Assembly: GCA_016934395.1 (NCBI GenBank)
Contig: JAFGSZ010000030.1
Location: 4,089 to 68,088, forward strand
DNA length: 64,000 nt
Source: Bacteroidales bacterium
GTDB lineage: Bacteria > Bacteroidota > Bacteroidia > Bacteroidales > UBA10428
Direction: 5' to 3'
Shown: in pieces, positions 38,213-48,087 of the stretch
How positions within the stretch are numbered: the stretch's first letter is position 1
How the letters are laid out: every line of letters begins with the position of its first letter
Position numbers and translations under genes: made by a program
Notes under the pieces: generated by a model
The model's input: only the letters and a program-made list of their open reading frames with translations
What the model was told of the DNA's origin: nothing
Databases searched by the model: none

Positions 38213-38317
38213 TTAATTATGCCTGAAAACCAACAATATTCAAATATTTAAGTAATTACTTAGAATATTTTTATGAATAATTATTATGCTTTACGTCTCA
38301 TATTTAATTAGTTATTT

Positions 38318-38482
38318 TTAATGTATATTATTAAATAATTGATTGTTAAAAATCAGGTTAAGAAGAATGAGTATTGCAGCTGCGAGCAGCAAATGTATCA
38401 ATGATGATGCATTAAAACCCCAGAAAAAAATACCCCAGATAAGGATTAGTATACCGGCAATCATATATAAAATTATTTTCAT
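38318..38482 (-). CDS. lmo0937-family small membrane protein (54 aa), tandem paralog
   Basis: My translation: MKIILYMIAGILILIWGIFFWGFNASSLIHLLLAAAILILLNLIFNNQLFNNIH. 47 nt downstream of promoter copy P4. Confidence 0.7.
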   Translation of the reverse strand: MKIILYMIAGILILIWGIFFWGFNASSLIHLLLAAAILILLNLIFNNQLFNNIH

Positions 38483-38529
38483 TTATGGAGGATTATTTAA
38501 ATCTTGAGACTGTGGTTCAGATACTAAAA

Positions 38530-38596
38530 CAAAAGTACATTGGTATGTGCAGAATGTATTACACAATTCAGGATAAGAGTTACAATATTCACACAT
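38530..38596 (-). promoter_or_regulatory. Composite stress-island promoter copy P4
   Basis: Gene-oriented: ATGTGTGAATATTGTAACTCTTATCCTGAATTGTGTAAT, 20-nt spacer (the only copy that is not 21), TACTTTTG (a perfect TAnnTTTG). Confidence 0.8.
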
Positions 38597-38688
38597 TTTC
38601 AGCTTGTTTGAGCCTTTATATTTAAAATGTTGAAATCATGAAGGAGCTATTTCTGGATCTCTTTTAAACTGGTTAGTTAAATGGACAT

Positions 38689-38756
38689 GGGTGAGAATGA
38701 TGTAACTCTTTTCTGAAATTGTATAAAAGTTTGTAAAACAAGTGGCGGTATCTTTG
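38689..38756 (+). promoter_or_regulatory. Composite stress-island promoter copy P5 (divergent from P4)
   Basis: GGGTGAGAATGATGTAACTCTTTTCTGAAATTGTATAAA, 21-nt spacer, TATCTTTG. The most diverged distal end. The ATG of the 527-aa gene lies 206 nt downstream. Confidence 0.7.
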
Positions 38757-38962
38757 CATTATTATAATTTCCAAACAATTAATAAGGCACGAATAAATGA
38801 AATCCGCCATACATTGTTGCCATAATTTTACAGCTTTAAATATCTGGATTTCTAAAGATTATTTTATATCATGAACCGGACATGTTTAACAAACACAATT
38901 ACTTGAAAAATATAATTCCTAACAAGGGAACTGCTTCATAGATTTAAAGCAATTATTTCAGA

Positions 38963-40546
38963 ATGGAAAAGAAAATATATTTAAAAATTGTCATCGGGAT
39001 AATGACCCTTATCCTGCTGATAAAATTTTTAACAATAGTCTTTGTTGGACCATGGGTTAGGGGTAAAATACAGTCAGCCCTGAATGAAAAGAATATAGAT
39101 TACAATGTTGAAATTGACAAGGTCCGTATTTTAATGATCTCTTCTGGAATACAACTGGAAAATATAACAATATGCCCAAATCAGGAGCATCAGGGTGACC
39201 GGATTTTAAACGTGAAAATAGCGTCTATAAAATTTAAAGGGATCAGCCTCGTTAAAGTCCTGTTCAAAAATGACGTCAACATCAGTAATGTTACCATTTA
39301 CAATAGTAGTATTATAGGTGAGTTTCCATTTTCACAGGAAGCAAAACCGCTGATAGTTTTGCCTTTGAATATCCGGATAGGTAGCATTCTTTTTGATAAG
39401 ATACATCTGGATATCCAAAACACTGCATCGGCACAATCTTATTTGGTGAATAGAGGCGTTTTGAAAGTATACGGTTTAAAGGTTGATAAACAGGATACCT
39501 TATCCCCTGGCATTATTAAGCAATTTGATATCGAAGCTGAAGAACTCGTTGTGGCTTCCCCTGATAGTATGTATTCATATACGGCCAGTGGTATTTTCTA
39601 TTCTGCAACTACAAAAACCTTAACCGTAAATAGCTTTTATATTCATCCGAATTATACAGGTTATGATTTCACATCACAGTATGATTTTCAAATGAATTGT
39701 ATTGAAGCCGGCTTCAACAACATTTATGTTCACGATTTTAATGCCACAGGTTATCTCACATCCGGGAGCCTGATAAGCTCCTATATCGAAATCGGAAAAA
39801 TGGATATGAACGTTTTTCGGGATAAGCGTAAAGAATTCCGGCATGTCAACAAACCAACATTCCAGGATTTGATTTACAACTACCCTGGTACTGTCCAAAT
39901 TGATTCACTCAGCCTTATAGACGGAAATGTCACTCTTTCCATACATGCCGAGGAGGCAAACGAACCGGGGAGTATCAGCTTTAATAATATCAATTGTAAA
40001 ATATACAAAATAACAAACAGTACTCTTTACAAAACAGAAAAGGCTTTTTTAGAACTTAAGGGAAATGCCCTTTTAATGGGGAAAAGCAAGATGACTATTC
40101 TATTAAAAGGGAAAATATTCGATAGTCATAACACATTTTTTTTGAATGGAACTCTCTCAAGTCTGGAAGCTAAAGAATTGAACCCTATACTTGAGAAGAG
40201 CGCTTTTATATATGCTACATCTGGCAAAATAGATGAAGTGAAATTTAGCTTTATTGCCAATAACGAAAGGGCAACCGGTAAAATAACCATGCTTTATCAT
40301 GGACTGGATATCGCAGTTAAAAATAAACGAACGGCAGATACCACCGCTATTAAAGAGAGATTTATTTCATTGATTGTCAATAGAAAGTTGTCGGATTCAA
40401 ACCCTATTCCTGATGAAGAAGTGAGAGAGGGAATTATAGATTATGAAAGAGATCCCGAAAGATTTCTTTTTAATTATTGCTTCAAATCTATACTTTCAGG
40501 AATTAAATCCACCCTTATTAAAAACCCAAAGAAAAGTAAAAATTAG
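38963..40546 (+). CDS. N-terminally anchored beta-rich protein (AsmA/DUF748-like), function unknown
   Basis: Single N-terminal TM (IVIGIMTLILLIKFLTIVFV), then 500 aa of repetitive beta-strand-like sequence. The family guess is weak. Confidence 0.5.
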   Translation: MEKKIYLKIVIGIMTLILLIKFLTIVFVGPWVRGKIQSALNEKNIDYNVEIDKVRILMISSGIQLENITICPNQEHQGDRILNVKIASIKFKGISLVKVLFKNDVNISNVTIYNSSIIGEFPFSQEAKPLIVLPLNIRIGSILFDKIHLDIQNTASAQSYLVNRGVLKVYGLKVDKQDTLSPGIIKQFDIEAEELVVASPDSMYSYTASGIFYSATTKTLTVNSFYIHPNYTGYDFTSQYDFQMNCIEAGFNNIYVHDFNATGYLTSGSLISSYIEIGKMDMNVFRDKRKEFRHVNKPTFQDLIYNYPGTVQIDSLSLIDGNVTLSIHAEEANEPGSISFNNINCKIYKITNSTLYKTEKAFLELKGNALLMGKSKMTILLKGKIFDSHNTFFLNGTLSSLEAKELNPILEKSAFIYATSGKIDEVKFSFIANNERATGKITMLYHGLDIAVKNKRTADTTAIKERFISLIVNRKLSDSNPIPDEEVREGIIDYERDPERFLFNYCFKSILSGIKSTLIKNPKKSKN

Positions 40547-40751
40547 TAACAGAAACTCTCTTTCTAATGTGCTGATTTAATTGGATTTCATTTTCTGTAA
40601 AGCCATATGGACTATTTACATTTATCCGTATTTGTGTTAATCTTGTTTTAATATGTAGGTTTTATATTATATAACCCCGATAAACTATTTAAATAATTCG
40701 AACCAAACAATAGTTGTTCATCCTATGTATTTTCAGGCAGTAATGTTCAGG

Positions 40752-41237
40752 TTATTTGTGTTTTTTAGTTGGAATAATGCAAAGCGGAATAGAAGAATTA
40801 TGTAGAACTTTTTCCGTAACACTTCCCAAGAGTAGTTCTTCTAACCATCTCCGGCTGTGAGAGCCCATAATTATAATATCAACATGCATGTCGCGGGCAG
40901 CTTCTAATATTGATTCAGCAAGATCACCTTCTCTTACCAGGGTTTGAATGGATTTATCACCAAGGTGGTGTTTTGATTTATCCAGAAAATTTTGAGATGC
41001 CTTTTTCAGTCCATCAACACTATCTAATTGTATTGGGGCCATGTCCATGTAACCGGAAAATCCCATTATCGGAGAATATTCCATTGAAGAATAATACACC
41101 GGATCTGACATTACATGCAGCAAAATAACTTCAGCGCCCATGGCTTTGGCAATTGAAAAACCTGTTTCTGCTACTTTTTGAGCAGTTGGATTGTAATCCA
41201 GGGCAATCAATACTTTTTTCATCTTATCTGTTTCCAT
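40752..41237 (-). CDS. Universal stress protein (UspA family)
   Basis: KKVLIALDYN...LLHV...IIMGSHSRRWLEELLLGSVTEKVLHNSSIPLCIIP. Confidence 0.9.
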   Translation of the reverse strand: METDKMKKVLIALDYNPTAQKVAETGFSIAKAMGAEVILLHVMSDPVYYSSMEYSPIMGFSGYMDMAPIQLDSVDGLKKASQNFLDKSKHHLGDKSIQTLVREGDLAESILEAARDMHVDIIIMGSHSRRWLEELLLGSVTEKVLHNSSIPLCIIPTKKHK

Positions 41238-41587
41238 CGGTTTTTTTATAAATTTTATTTTTGTCGGAATAAATTCATTTTAATTGAAAAAAAGACTTAC
41301 TATTCAATATATGTTTTTAAAATGTTGTTTGTTTAAATATTCGTTGTAGGTATTATTTGTAATTAGATTGTTTAATTAATAATTTATCTTGTTATTACTT
41401 GCAGAGCGTTTCAAATTTTAATAATAAATTCCTGTCAAATTCTATCGGTTTTAACTGATCGTGGACCGCATCATATTCATATAACTGTTTGTTAGTTGGG
41501 TTAAATGAAAAGCGGGCAGCATTTAATTTTCTTGTAGTATAGAAAATACAACTACTGCCTTTTGAATTTTACATACGTAACTCATTA

Positions 41588-42814
41588 CTAAACCTTTTGT
41601 AACTGCTTTTTTATGAGTTCACCAGCCTGAGTAACCCAATCATCTCTATTGATTCGGTCTGGTGAGATTTCTAAAATCTCACTAATGGTTTCGACATCTT
41701 TAGGTGTAAGATTACTAATCTGTTTAAAGGTGTATATATCCAGCACATTAAGCCTTTCTTCTATCCATAAGCTAATTCCTTTTATACGGGTTAAATTGTT
41801 AGCCTGGTGTTTATGGGCAACTCCTAATCTGTCGTAATAAATTCTGTCTTTCCGATCCCTGATACGCTTAAGGAGTTCAGATTTTTTGCCTTCGATCCTG
41901 ATAAGTTCCTGGGCCTGAAGTATCCATTCATCTCTTTCAATTCTACCGGGAAAATATTCTATAACCTCTGTAACCAAATCAACATCTTCATCAATAAAAT
42001 TACTGATTTGCCGAAAGGTATAGATATCCAATGCATTAAGTTTTTCTTTAATCCATCCACCAATGCCACTTATGGTGGTTAAGTCATCAGCTTCCTCTTT
42101 TTTGGCAATTCCTATTCTGTCGTAGTAAAGGCGGGTTTTTCTTGCCCTTATCCGATCCAGAAATTCAATCCTCTTTTCTTTAGTTACATTTAGTTCTTTA
42201 GCCTGCGCAACCCATTCGTCCCTTTCTATCCTGCCTGAAAAGTACTCAATGGCAATATTAATAGTATCAATATCCTTAGCTGTGAATTTACTAATCTGTT
42301 TAAAAGTTTTAATATCTAATGCATGCAGTCTTTCCTCAATAAAGGGGCCAATACCGCAGATCATTTTAAGATCATCCTTTTCTGATTCTGAAGCAGTTCC
42401 AAAACTTTTGTAATCGAGTAGGTGCTTGCGTTGTGCAATAAGGACCAGGGCTTCATCTTTTTCATACAACAATTCTTTTGTTTTTTTATTCTTTAGTTTC
42501 AATCCGTTGGTTTCTTGAGCGGCCTCTTCATTAAGCAATTTAAGAGTATGAACTTCTTTACTAAGGAATTCAATTTCTTTGTCTTTTTCACTAAGGCTGT
42601 TATGCAAATTAATTTTATCCGCATGTAGATTCACAATTTGTTTATTCAATTTATCGTTTTCAGATTCAATAGTTTTAATTTTTCTAACGTAAACCGATTT
42701 ATAATAAAGCCATGCAGTAATATATCCAATAATTGCAGCGACCAGTAGTAAAATAAGTATTTCAAAAGCTGCTGCACTTTTTGTTTGTGCCAAAAGAATT
42801 ATTAAAGTTCTCAT
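41588..42814 (-). CDS. TM-anchored coiled-coil protein with three ~96-aa helix-hairpin-helix-type repeats
   Basis: N-terminal TM and coiled coil (aa 40-130), then three repeats of DDL..I.GIG.WIEE.LN.LDI.TF.QIS......D........EYF.GRIERDEW..QA.EL starting at aa 147, 243 and 339. Confidence 0.65.
   Translation of the reverse strand: MRTLIILLAQTKSAAAFEILILLLVAAIIGYITAWLYYKSVYVRKIKTIESENDKLNKQIVNLHADKINLHNSLSEKDKEIEFLSKEVHTLKLLNEEAAQETNGLKLKNKKTKELLYEKDEALVLIAQRKHLLDYKSFGTASESEKDDLKMICGIGPFIEERLHALDIKTFKQISKFTAKDIDTINIAIEYFSGRIERDEWVAQAKELNVTKEKRIEFLDRIRARKTRLYYDRIGIAKKEEADDLTTISGIGGWIKEKLNALDIYTFRQISNFIDEDVDLVTEVIEYFPGRIERDEWILQAQELIRIEGKKSELLKRIRDRKDRIYYDRLGVAHKHQANNLTRIKGISLWIEERLNVLDIYTFKQISNLTPKDVETISEILEISPDRINRDDWVTQAGELIKKQLQKV
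41609..42376 (-). repeat. 3 x ~288-bp in-frame tandem coding repeat (HhH module)
   Basis: The protein repeat period is 96 aa (starts at aa 147/243/339 of the 408-aa ORF). The repeats have diverged at the nucleotide level. Confidence 0.7.
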
Positions 42815-42818
42815 AATT

Positions 42819-43346
42819 TTATTTTTTTATAGTTATTACTGTTCTTCTGTTGTTTGTTCTTCCGGCTGCTGTATTATTAAGGTCTGCAGGCTCTTTCTCA
42901 CCCTTTGATTCTACGATAATTTTATTTGCCTGCAAGCCCTTGCTTTCAAAATAATGCTGCATAGTCCGGGCACGCCGATACCCCAGGGATTTATTGTACT
43001 CATCGGACCCAATTGCATCAGTGTGGCCTGTAATACTGAGCCTGGCATGTATGTTCTGTTCCAGGTAGGCCGTTGATAGATAAAAGTACTTATCTGTTGT
43101 TGTGTCAGCATTAAAATCAGATTTGTCAAATGCAAAGTAAACTATCAGGTTTTCAGGGATTGCTGTTTTTTCCGGCACTCTAGACTTAATTAAAGTGTCG
43201 CCAACAATGGTGTCTGTATTGCTGGATCCATAAGATTGTAGAGTTTTCGGTTCATTACACAATCCTTTAATTTTGCACACATAGATATAAGTAGATAATG
43301 CTGACCATGTAACAAACATAAAAAATCCGAATATTAGAATTTTCAT
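42819..43346 (-). CDS. OmpA/MotB-family peptidoglycan-binding protein
   Basis: N-terminal TM/signal, then ITGHTDAIGSDEYNKSLGYRRARTMQHYFESKG (OmpA_C motif). Confidence 0.85.
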   Translation of the reverse strand: MKILIFGFFMFVTWSALSTYIYVCKIKGLCNEPKTLQSYGSSNTDTIVGDTLIKSRVPEKTAIPENLIVYFAFDKSDFNADTTTDKYFYLSTAYLEQNIHARLSITGHTDAIGSDEYNKSLGYRRARTMQHYFESKGLQANKIIVESKGEKEPADLNNTAAGRTNNRRTVITIKK

Positions 43347-43385
43347 TGTATTTTATTTAATTTTTTAATAGAGATTTTACTTTTC

Positions 43386-43453
43386 TAAATGTACAGGCAT
43401 ACACCGTAATATGTGTTACATAACTATTGAAAAGAGTTACATCATTCACACAT
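43386..43453 (-). promoter_or_regulatory. Composite stress-island promoter copy P6
   Basis: Gene-oriented: ATGTGTGAATGATGTAACTCTTTTCAATAGTTATGTAAC, 21-nt spacer, TACATTTA. The OmpA-like ATG lies 39 nt after the box. Confidence 0.8.
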
Positions 43454-43672
43454 ATTCTTAAACACCAACTGATACCCTGTTTTTTATTGGCGACTGCTGT
43501 TGGATAAAAAAAGTAATACTGGAAAGGTTTACACTACTTTTATAAACGATGTAGCGTATTGAAGGGGCAATTCCATTTGAAGATAACTTTTCTGGAAGAA
43601 TCGCCACACCATTGATTACAGGTTTATATAATTAACCCATTTTGAGATTTGCAGCAGTTTGGAATTAGTGCA

Positions 43673-43882
43673 TTACTTCTTTGAATTCAGCAACAAAACT
43701 ACTCCGCCTATTCCCATTACGGCAATGCCAATGAGTGGTGACCAATTGAGGTGGTGCTGTTTATTTTTGGTAATTTGAACTTCTCCAAGATCTACTACTT
43801 TCTCCCTGGTGAAAAAACTAAAAGCCGTAAAGATGGTTAATAATAAACCAATTAGAATAATAATGATACCTGCTTTCTTCAT
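43673..43882 (-). CDS. Small two-TM membrane protein (69 aa)
   Basis: Track ORF with two hydrophobic helices (IIIILIGLLLTIFTAFSFF; LIGIAVMGIGGVVLLL). Confidence 0.5.
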   Translation of the reverse strand: MKKAGIIIILIGLLLTIFTAFSFFTREKVVDLGEVQITKNKQHHLNWSPLIGIAVMGIGGVVLLLNSKK

Positions 43883-43987
43883 TTTTTATGGTTTTTTGTA
43901 AGTTTTTTCTATAATATTTTTTTATCCCGGATATATAATTCTTTTACCCGTTTAATATTCCGGGAGTAATGTTTAAGTTCAATGGTA

Positions 43988-44536
43988 TTACTTAAAGCCT
44001 GAAATATCAACTGCCGTCAAAAGGCATTTCTGGTCATCGCCTGTAACAATACCTTCCAAATAAGCCATACATAAAGGATTTTTGTCATTACGGAGCATTA
44101 CTTTGCATGATTCTTTAGCTTTACCGGAAAAAACTTTAATTAAAAAATCGTTAAATACATGCTTTGAATCATCGGAAATGAATAGCATAAAGTTGCTGTC
44201 TACCAAACTAAAGCGTCTTTCTCCCAGCATTTCAGCGCCCGTGAAGTTCAAATCGCAGATACTGGCTTCGGAATCAAGGGTAAAATAGCCAATTGGAGCA
44301 AAATCGTACAACATGGTATATTTTTTAAGGGCAATTTCTGTTGTTTGAAATGCCTGTCGCAACTCTTCGTTTTGCATTTCTAATTCTATCTGGTGCACCT
44401 GAAGCTCGTGCAGAAGTTTTTTTATGTCCGTTTCTTTTTCCGGTTTGCCCGATTTTTTTTGCCGCTTGTTCAGTTTTTCTTCTGCTTTCATGCGCAGTAG
44501 TTGGGCATCTGTAATATTCTGTTCTTTGTAATTCAT
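43988..44536 (-). CDS. Coiled-coil + PAS-domain protein
   Basis: ELEMQNEELRQAFQ...YDFAPIGYFTLD is typical of the PAS modules that follow CheB/CheR fusions. Only 2 nt separate its start from the upstream stop. Confidence 0.7.
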   Translation of the reverse strand: MNYKEQNITDAQLLRMKAEEKLNKRQKKSGKPEKETDIKKLLHELQVHQIELEMQNEELRQAFQTTEIALKKYTMLYDFAPIGYFTLDSEASICDLNFTGAEMLGERRFSLVDSNFMLFISDDSKHVFNDFLIKVFSGKAKESCKVMLRNDKNPLCMAYLEGIVTGDDQKCLLTAVDISGFK

Positions 44537-44538
44537 AG

Positions 44539-47466
44539 CTATGATATATTTTTAGTGATCATAATTATTTCTTCGGGTATTTTTAAACTGTTAAGCACTA
44601 TATTTACGAACCATTCAACAACCAGCACATTTCCTCCGGCTGCTATTACCTTTATTTTAATCTTGTTGTCCGGAATTTCGTGCAGCATCTTATTTAAATC
44701 TTTTTCAGTCTTTTTTTGCACCTGTACCGGAATAAACATCTGAATAAAATTTTGATCTACAGCATCCTCAAGTTTATTGCCGAAAAATTTTTCAGCTTCG
44801 GAATTAAATGCCAGTATTTTCCAATTGGTTGATAATTTAATAAAAACAGCCGGGGAAAAACTAAAGAGCATGCGATTTATAAGCTCTGATTCGTACAATT
44901 TTACTTCTACCTGCTTAAGATCGGAGATGTTAATAAACGTGATAACCAGCCCGTTTATCCTGTCATCGAACGTGCGGTAAGGCATAATACGAATGGAAAA
45001 CCATCGCCCGTCTTTGGCCGGAATGGCTTTTTGAGTAAATACGAGTGTATCTAATACTTCGAGGGCATCCTGGGCCAATTCGGGGTATATAAGTTCAGAA
45101 ACCAGATCGGTTAATGGCCGTCCTATATCGCTTTTTATAAGTTTAAAAATTTTCGTTGCCATGTTAGTATAGCGACGGATATTTAATTCTTTGTCGAGAA
45201 ACAATGTAGCAATATCGGTGGCATTGAGCAGGTTTTTCATATCATTGTTCACCCGCGAAAAATCATCTACCTTCGATTGCAGTTCGGCATTTACAGTTTG
45301 AAGCTCTTCATTAAGGCTTTGCATTTCTTCTTTTGAACTTGTCAGTTCTTCGTTGGTAGATTGTAATTCTTCATTGGTAGATTGTAATTCTTCGTTTGTG
45401 GATTTTAATTCTTCCTGGGATGTCTGCATTTCCTCAACCGTGTTTTGCATTTCTTCGCGTAAATCCTGCAACTCTTTTTCCAACTCCAATTGTCTGTCAC
45501 CACTGGAAGCTTTTATATCTTTTTTTGTAGCCGGTTTGATGTTGATAATTTCTGGTACATCAGTAAAAATTATCATTACTGTACCATATAATTGTTCTGG
45601 TTTATCAATCCATTGAATATTTACATTTAAAGATTGTGTACCTCCGTTTGTGCCGACTTTGATATTGGAAAGGACCACGGTATCTTTTTTCAAAATAGCT
45701 TTGCGGAAAGCGATTGGGAATTCGTTACGCAAACCATCGCGCAGCATGGCGAAAATATTCATATTGGCTTTACCAACAGCCGGCTCCAGGTATTTTCCCG
45801 TGCGTCCGCTAACGTAAAGGATATCGCCATTTTCGTTTACCAGAACGCCGGATGGCGAAAAATGCTGCAATAATAATTGATCGGCAAGCGATTGAATATT
45901 AGGGGTTGATTTTGCAGGCATTTGTTTCTCAATATTGGTAGGTTTATCTCGGGAAAATGAAGTAGGAAAATCGAATAATTCAGGCATCAGGGTAGTAATA
46001 GAACGCTTGAAAATTTTCAATTTGTTATCCACGGCGTTAAAAAGATGGCTTTGCGTTCCAAGTGTTTCAGAGCTACCTAGCACAACAATCCCATCCGGGT
46101 TAGTGCTGTAGTAAAACAAGCCAAGCAATTTTTTTTGAAGTTCTGCATCCATATATATAAGGAGATTACGGCACGAAATGATATCGATCTTTGTAAAGGG
46201 CGGATGTAAAATGATGTTGTGTTGCGCAAATACCACCATTTCCCTTATTTCACTCGATACTTGATAGCCATTCTCTGTTGAAACAAAAAACCGGTCGAGG
46301 CGCTCGGTAGATACATCGGCAGCAATATTTGAAGGGAAAACACCTTTTCTGGCTGTTTCAATAGCTTCGTTGTCGAGATCGGTAGCAAAAATCTGTAACG
46401 ATATTCCTCTTGGTGGATTTATTTTTCCAATAACTTCCTTAAAGGTGATGGCCAATGAATATGCCTCTTCACCTGTTGAACACGCTGGTACCCATGCCCG
46501 CATTATAGAACCGGCTTCCGTATTCCTGATAATAGTTGGAATTACAGTATCTTTTAACTTTTCCCACACAGTGGGATCGCGAAAGAAATTAGTTACGCCA
46601 ATCATTAATTCCTTAAAAAGAATATCCACTTCCTTTTGATTTTTCTGCAAAAAGTTAACATAAGAAGTTATTTTATCAATTTTATGGACACCCATGCGCC
46701 TTTCGATGCGGCGGTATACTGTACTTTTTTTATACAACGAAAAGTCGTTGCCTGTATAAGTGCGTAACAAAATAATAATTTTTTCGAGGGCGCTTTTGTC
46801 TTTAATTTCGATTTCCAGGCTAGATGCAGCAATAGGGGCATTATTTTTAATGAATTCTATAAGTTTAACAGGCAAATCGTTGGCCGGGGCAACAATGTCC
46901 ATCAATACAGAATCTATGGCATTGCGCGGCATACTGTCGAATTTTGCCGAGGCAGGGTCCTGTGCCATAACTATTCCCCCTTTTTCTTTTAAGGCCCTGA
47001 GCCCCAAACTGCCATCGGAGCCCATACCCGAAAGAATGATACCAATTCCAAGATCCCTCAGGTCATCGGCGAGCGAGCGCAGGAAAAAATCAATTGGAAG
47101 GCGCAGCCCTCTTGCTTCTATTGGGTCAAAAAGATGAAGCACACCCTTTAATATTGACATGCTCTTATTTGGCGGAATTACATACACACAGTTTGGTTTA
47201 ACAACCATGCGGTCCTTTACCAGGAAAACTTTCATGGCAGAAAACCGCTGAAGCAACTCCGGCAACATGCCTTTTTGGGTAGGGTCCAGGTGTTGGATCA
47301 CAATATAGGCCAGGCCACTATTTTTAGGTACATTACCCAGAAATAGCTCCAGGGCTTCCAGGCCTCCGGCCGATGCGCCAATTCCGACTATTGGAAAAGG
47401 GTTAGCGGTTGCACTTGAAGTCTTCTTTTGTAATGATATTTTTGATTTTGGTTTTTTGGTTTTCAC
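44539..47466 (-). CDS. CheB methylesterase - CheR methyltransferase - coiled coil - PAS fusion protein
   Basis: CheB catalytic domain (GASAGGLEAL...QHLDP), CheR SAM-binding region (RAWVPACSTGEEAYSLA), heptad coiled coil EELQSTNEELQSTNEEL, C-terminal PAS domains. No REC and no HK domain. Confidence 0.9.
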   Translation of the reverse strand: MKTKKPKSKISLQKKTSSATANPFPIVGIGASAGGLEALELFLGNVPKNSGLAYIVIQHLDPTQKGMLPELLQRFSAMKVFLVKDRMVVKPNCVYVIPPNKSMSILKGVLHLFDPIEARGLRLPIDFFLRSLADDLRDLGIGIILSGMGSDGSLGLRALKEKGGIVMAQDPASAKFDSMPRNAIDSVLMDIVAPANDLPVKLIEFIKNNAPIAASSLEIEIKDKSALEKIIILLRTYTGNDFSLYKKSTVYRRIERRMGVHKIDKITSYVNFLQKNQKEVDILFKELMIGVTNFFRDPTVWEKLKDTVIPTIIRNTEAGSIMRAWVPACSTGEEAYSLAITFKEVIGKINPPRGISLQIFATDLDNEAIETARKGVFPSNIAADVSTERLDRFFVSTENGYQVSSEIREMVVFAQHNIILHPPFTKIDIISCRNLLIYMDAELQKKLLGLFYYSTNPDGIVVLGSSETLGTQSHLFNAVDNKLKIFKRSITTLMPELFDFPTSFSRDKPTNIEKQMPAKSTPNIQSLADQLLLQHFSPSGVLVNENGDILYVSGRTGKYLEPAVGKANMNIFAMLRDGLRNEFPIAFRKAILKKDTVVLSNIKVGTNGGTQSLNVNIQWIDKPEQLYGTVMIIFTDVPEIINIKPATKKDIKASSGDRQLELEKELQDLREEMQNTVEEMQTSQEELKSTNEELQSTNEELQSTNEELTSSKEEMQSLNEELQTVNAELQSKVDDFSRVNNDMKNLLNATDIATLFLDKELNIRRYTNMATKIFKLIKSDIGRPLTDLVSELIYPELAQDALEVLDTLVFTQKAIPAKDGRWFSIRIMPYRTFDDRINGLVITFINISDLKQVEVKLYESELINRMLFSFSPAVFIKLSTNWKILAFNSEAEKFFGNKLEDAVDQNFIQMFIPVQVQKKTEKDLNKMLHEIPDNKIKIKVIAAGGNVLVVEWFVNIVLNSLKIPEEIIMITKNIS
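45346..45408 (-). repeat. 3 x 21-bp perfect/near-perfect tandem repeat encoding the STNEELQ heptads
   Basis: ttcttcgttggtagattgtaa / ttcttcattggtagattgtaa / ttcttcgtttgtggattttaa, read directly from the plus strand. Confidence 0.85.
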
Positions 47467-47657
47467 GGGTAAGTATATTTTTTAAATAATTTACCAGCCT
47501 GGTAAAACATCACAGCTCTTTTTTTCTCCATACAGGCAGTACGGATTTCTACTGCATAACATCTTTTCAATAAAAACCCATATAATGTATTTATACAAAT
47601 TAATGAAAAAAATATCAAATCCTTAATAACCCGGCAAATGATTTTATCGTCCAATGA

Positions 47658-47882
47658 TTACCATTTCCTTCTGGAGACTACCAAACCGAGCAGAAAACCG
47701 GCCCCTAAACTGATCAGAATCAGGGCCCAATTCCAATGGGTAATGCCAGTCCATCGGCCTCCATGCATTATTCCTCTGGTCCATGGCCCACCGCCCAATA
47801 GTAGAAAAGCCACTATTATAATTGCAATAGCGACAACATAGAGAATTTTTCTGTTTTTTATTGTGATTCTTCTTTTTTTCAT
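47658..47882 (-). CDS. Small membrane protein (74 aa)
   Basis: The track ORF starts at 47924, which would lie inside promoter P7. The internal start MKKRRITIKNRKILYVVAIAIIIVAF (ATG 47882) lies 24 nt after the -7 box. Confidence 0.55.
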   Translation of the reverse strand: MKKRRITIKNRKILYVVAIAIIIVAFLLLGGGPWTRGIMHGGRWTGITHWNWALILISLGAGFLLGLVVSRRKW

Positions 47883-47906
47883 AATTTTCTTCTTATCTGA
47901 TAAAAT

Positions 47907-47974
47907 TAAAATTAGATAATACAAGTGTATTTTGTATTACATAACTTTTTATAAGAGTTACATCATTCACACAT
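47907..47974 (-). promoter_or_regulatory. Composite stress-island promoter copy P7
   Basis: Gene-oriented: ATGTGTGAATGATGTAACTCTTATAAAAAGTTATGTAAT, 21-nt spacer, TAATTTTA. It lies upstream of the small membrane protein and the CheB-CheR-PAS / PAS genes. Confidence 0.8.
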
Positions 47975-48087
47975 TTTTAAACTGTAGTTGGGTACTTAGG
48001 TTGGTTATTGGCCTGCTGGTTTGTATAATTGCGGCAGTCTAAGCTGCTAAGCAGTAATTTGCCTGGTCCTTCAGGCATAAACAGGAT

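Noticed and set aside
47463-47924. ORFs 47463-47654 (-) and 47638-47841 (+), and the N-terminal 14 codons of 47658-47924
   Set aside because: The first two have no motifs and overlap better candidates. The 47924 start would put coding sequence inside promoter copy P7, whereas the internal ATG at 47882 lies 24 nt after the -7 box.
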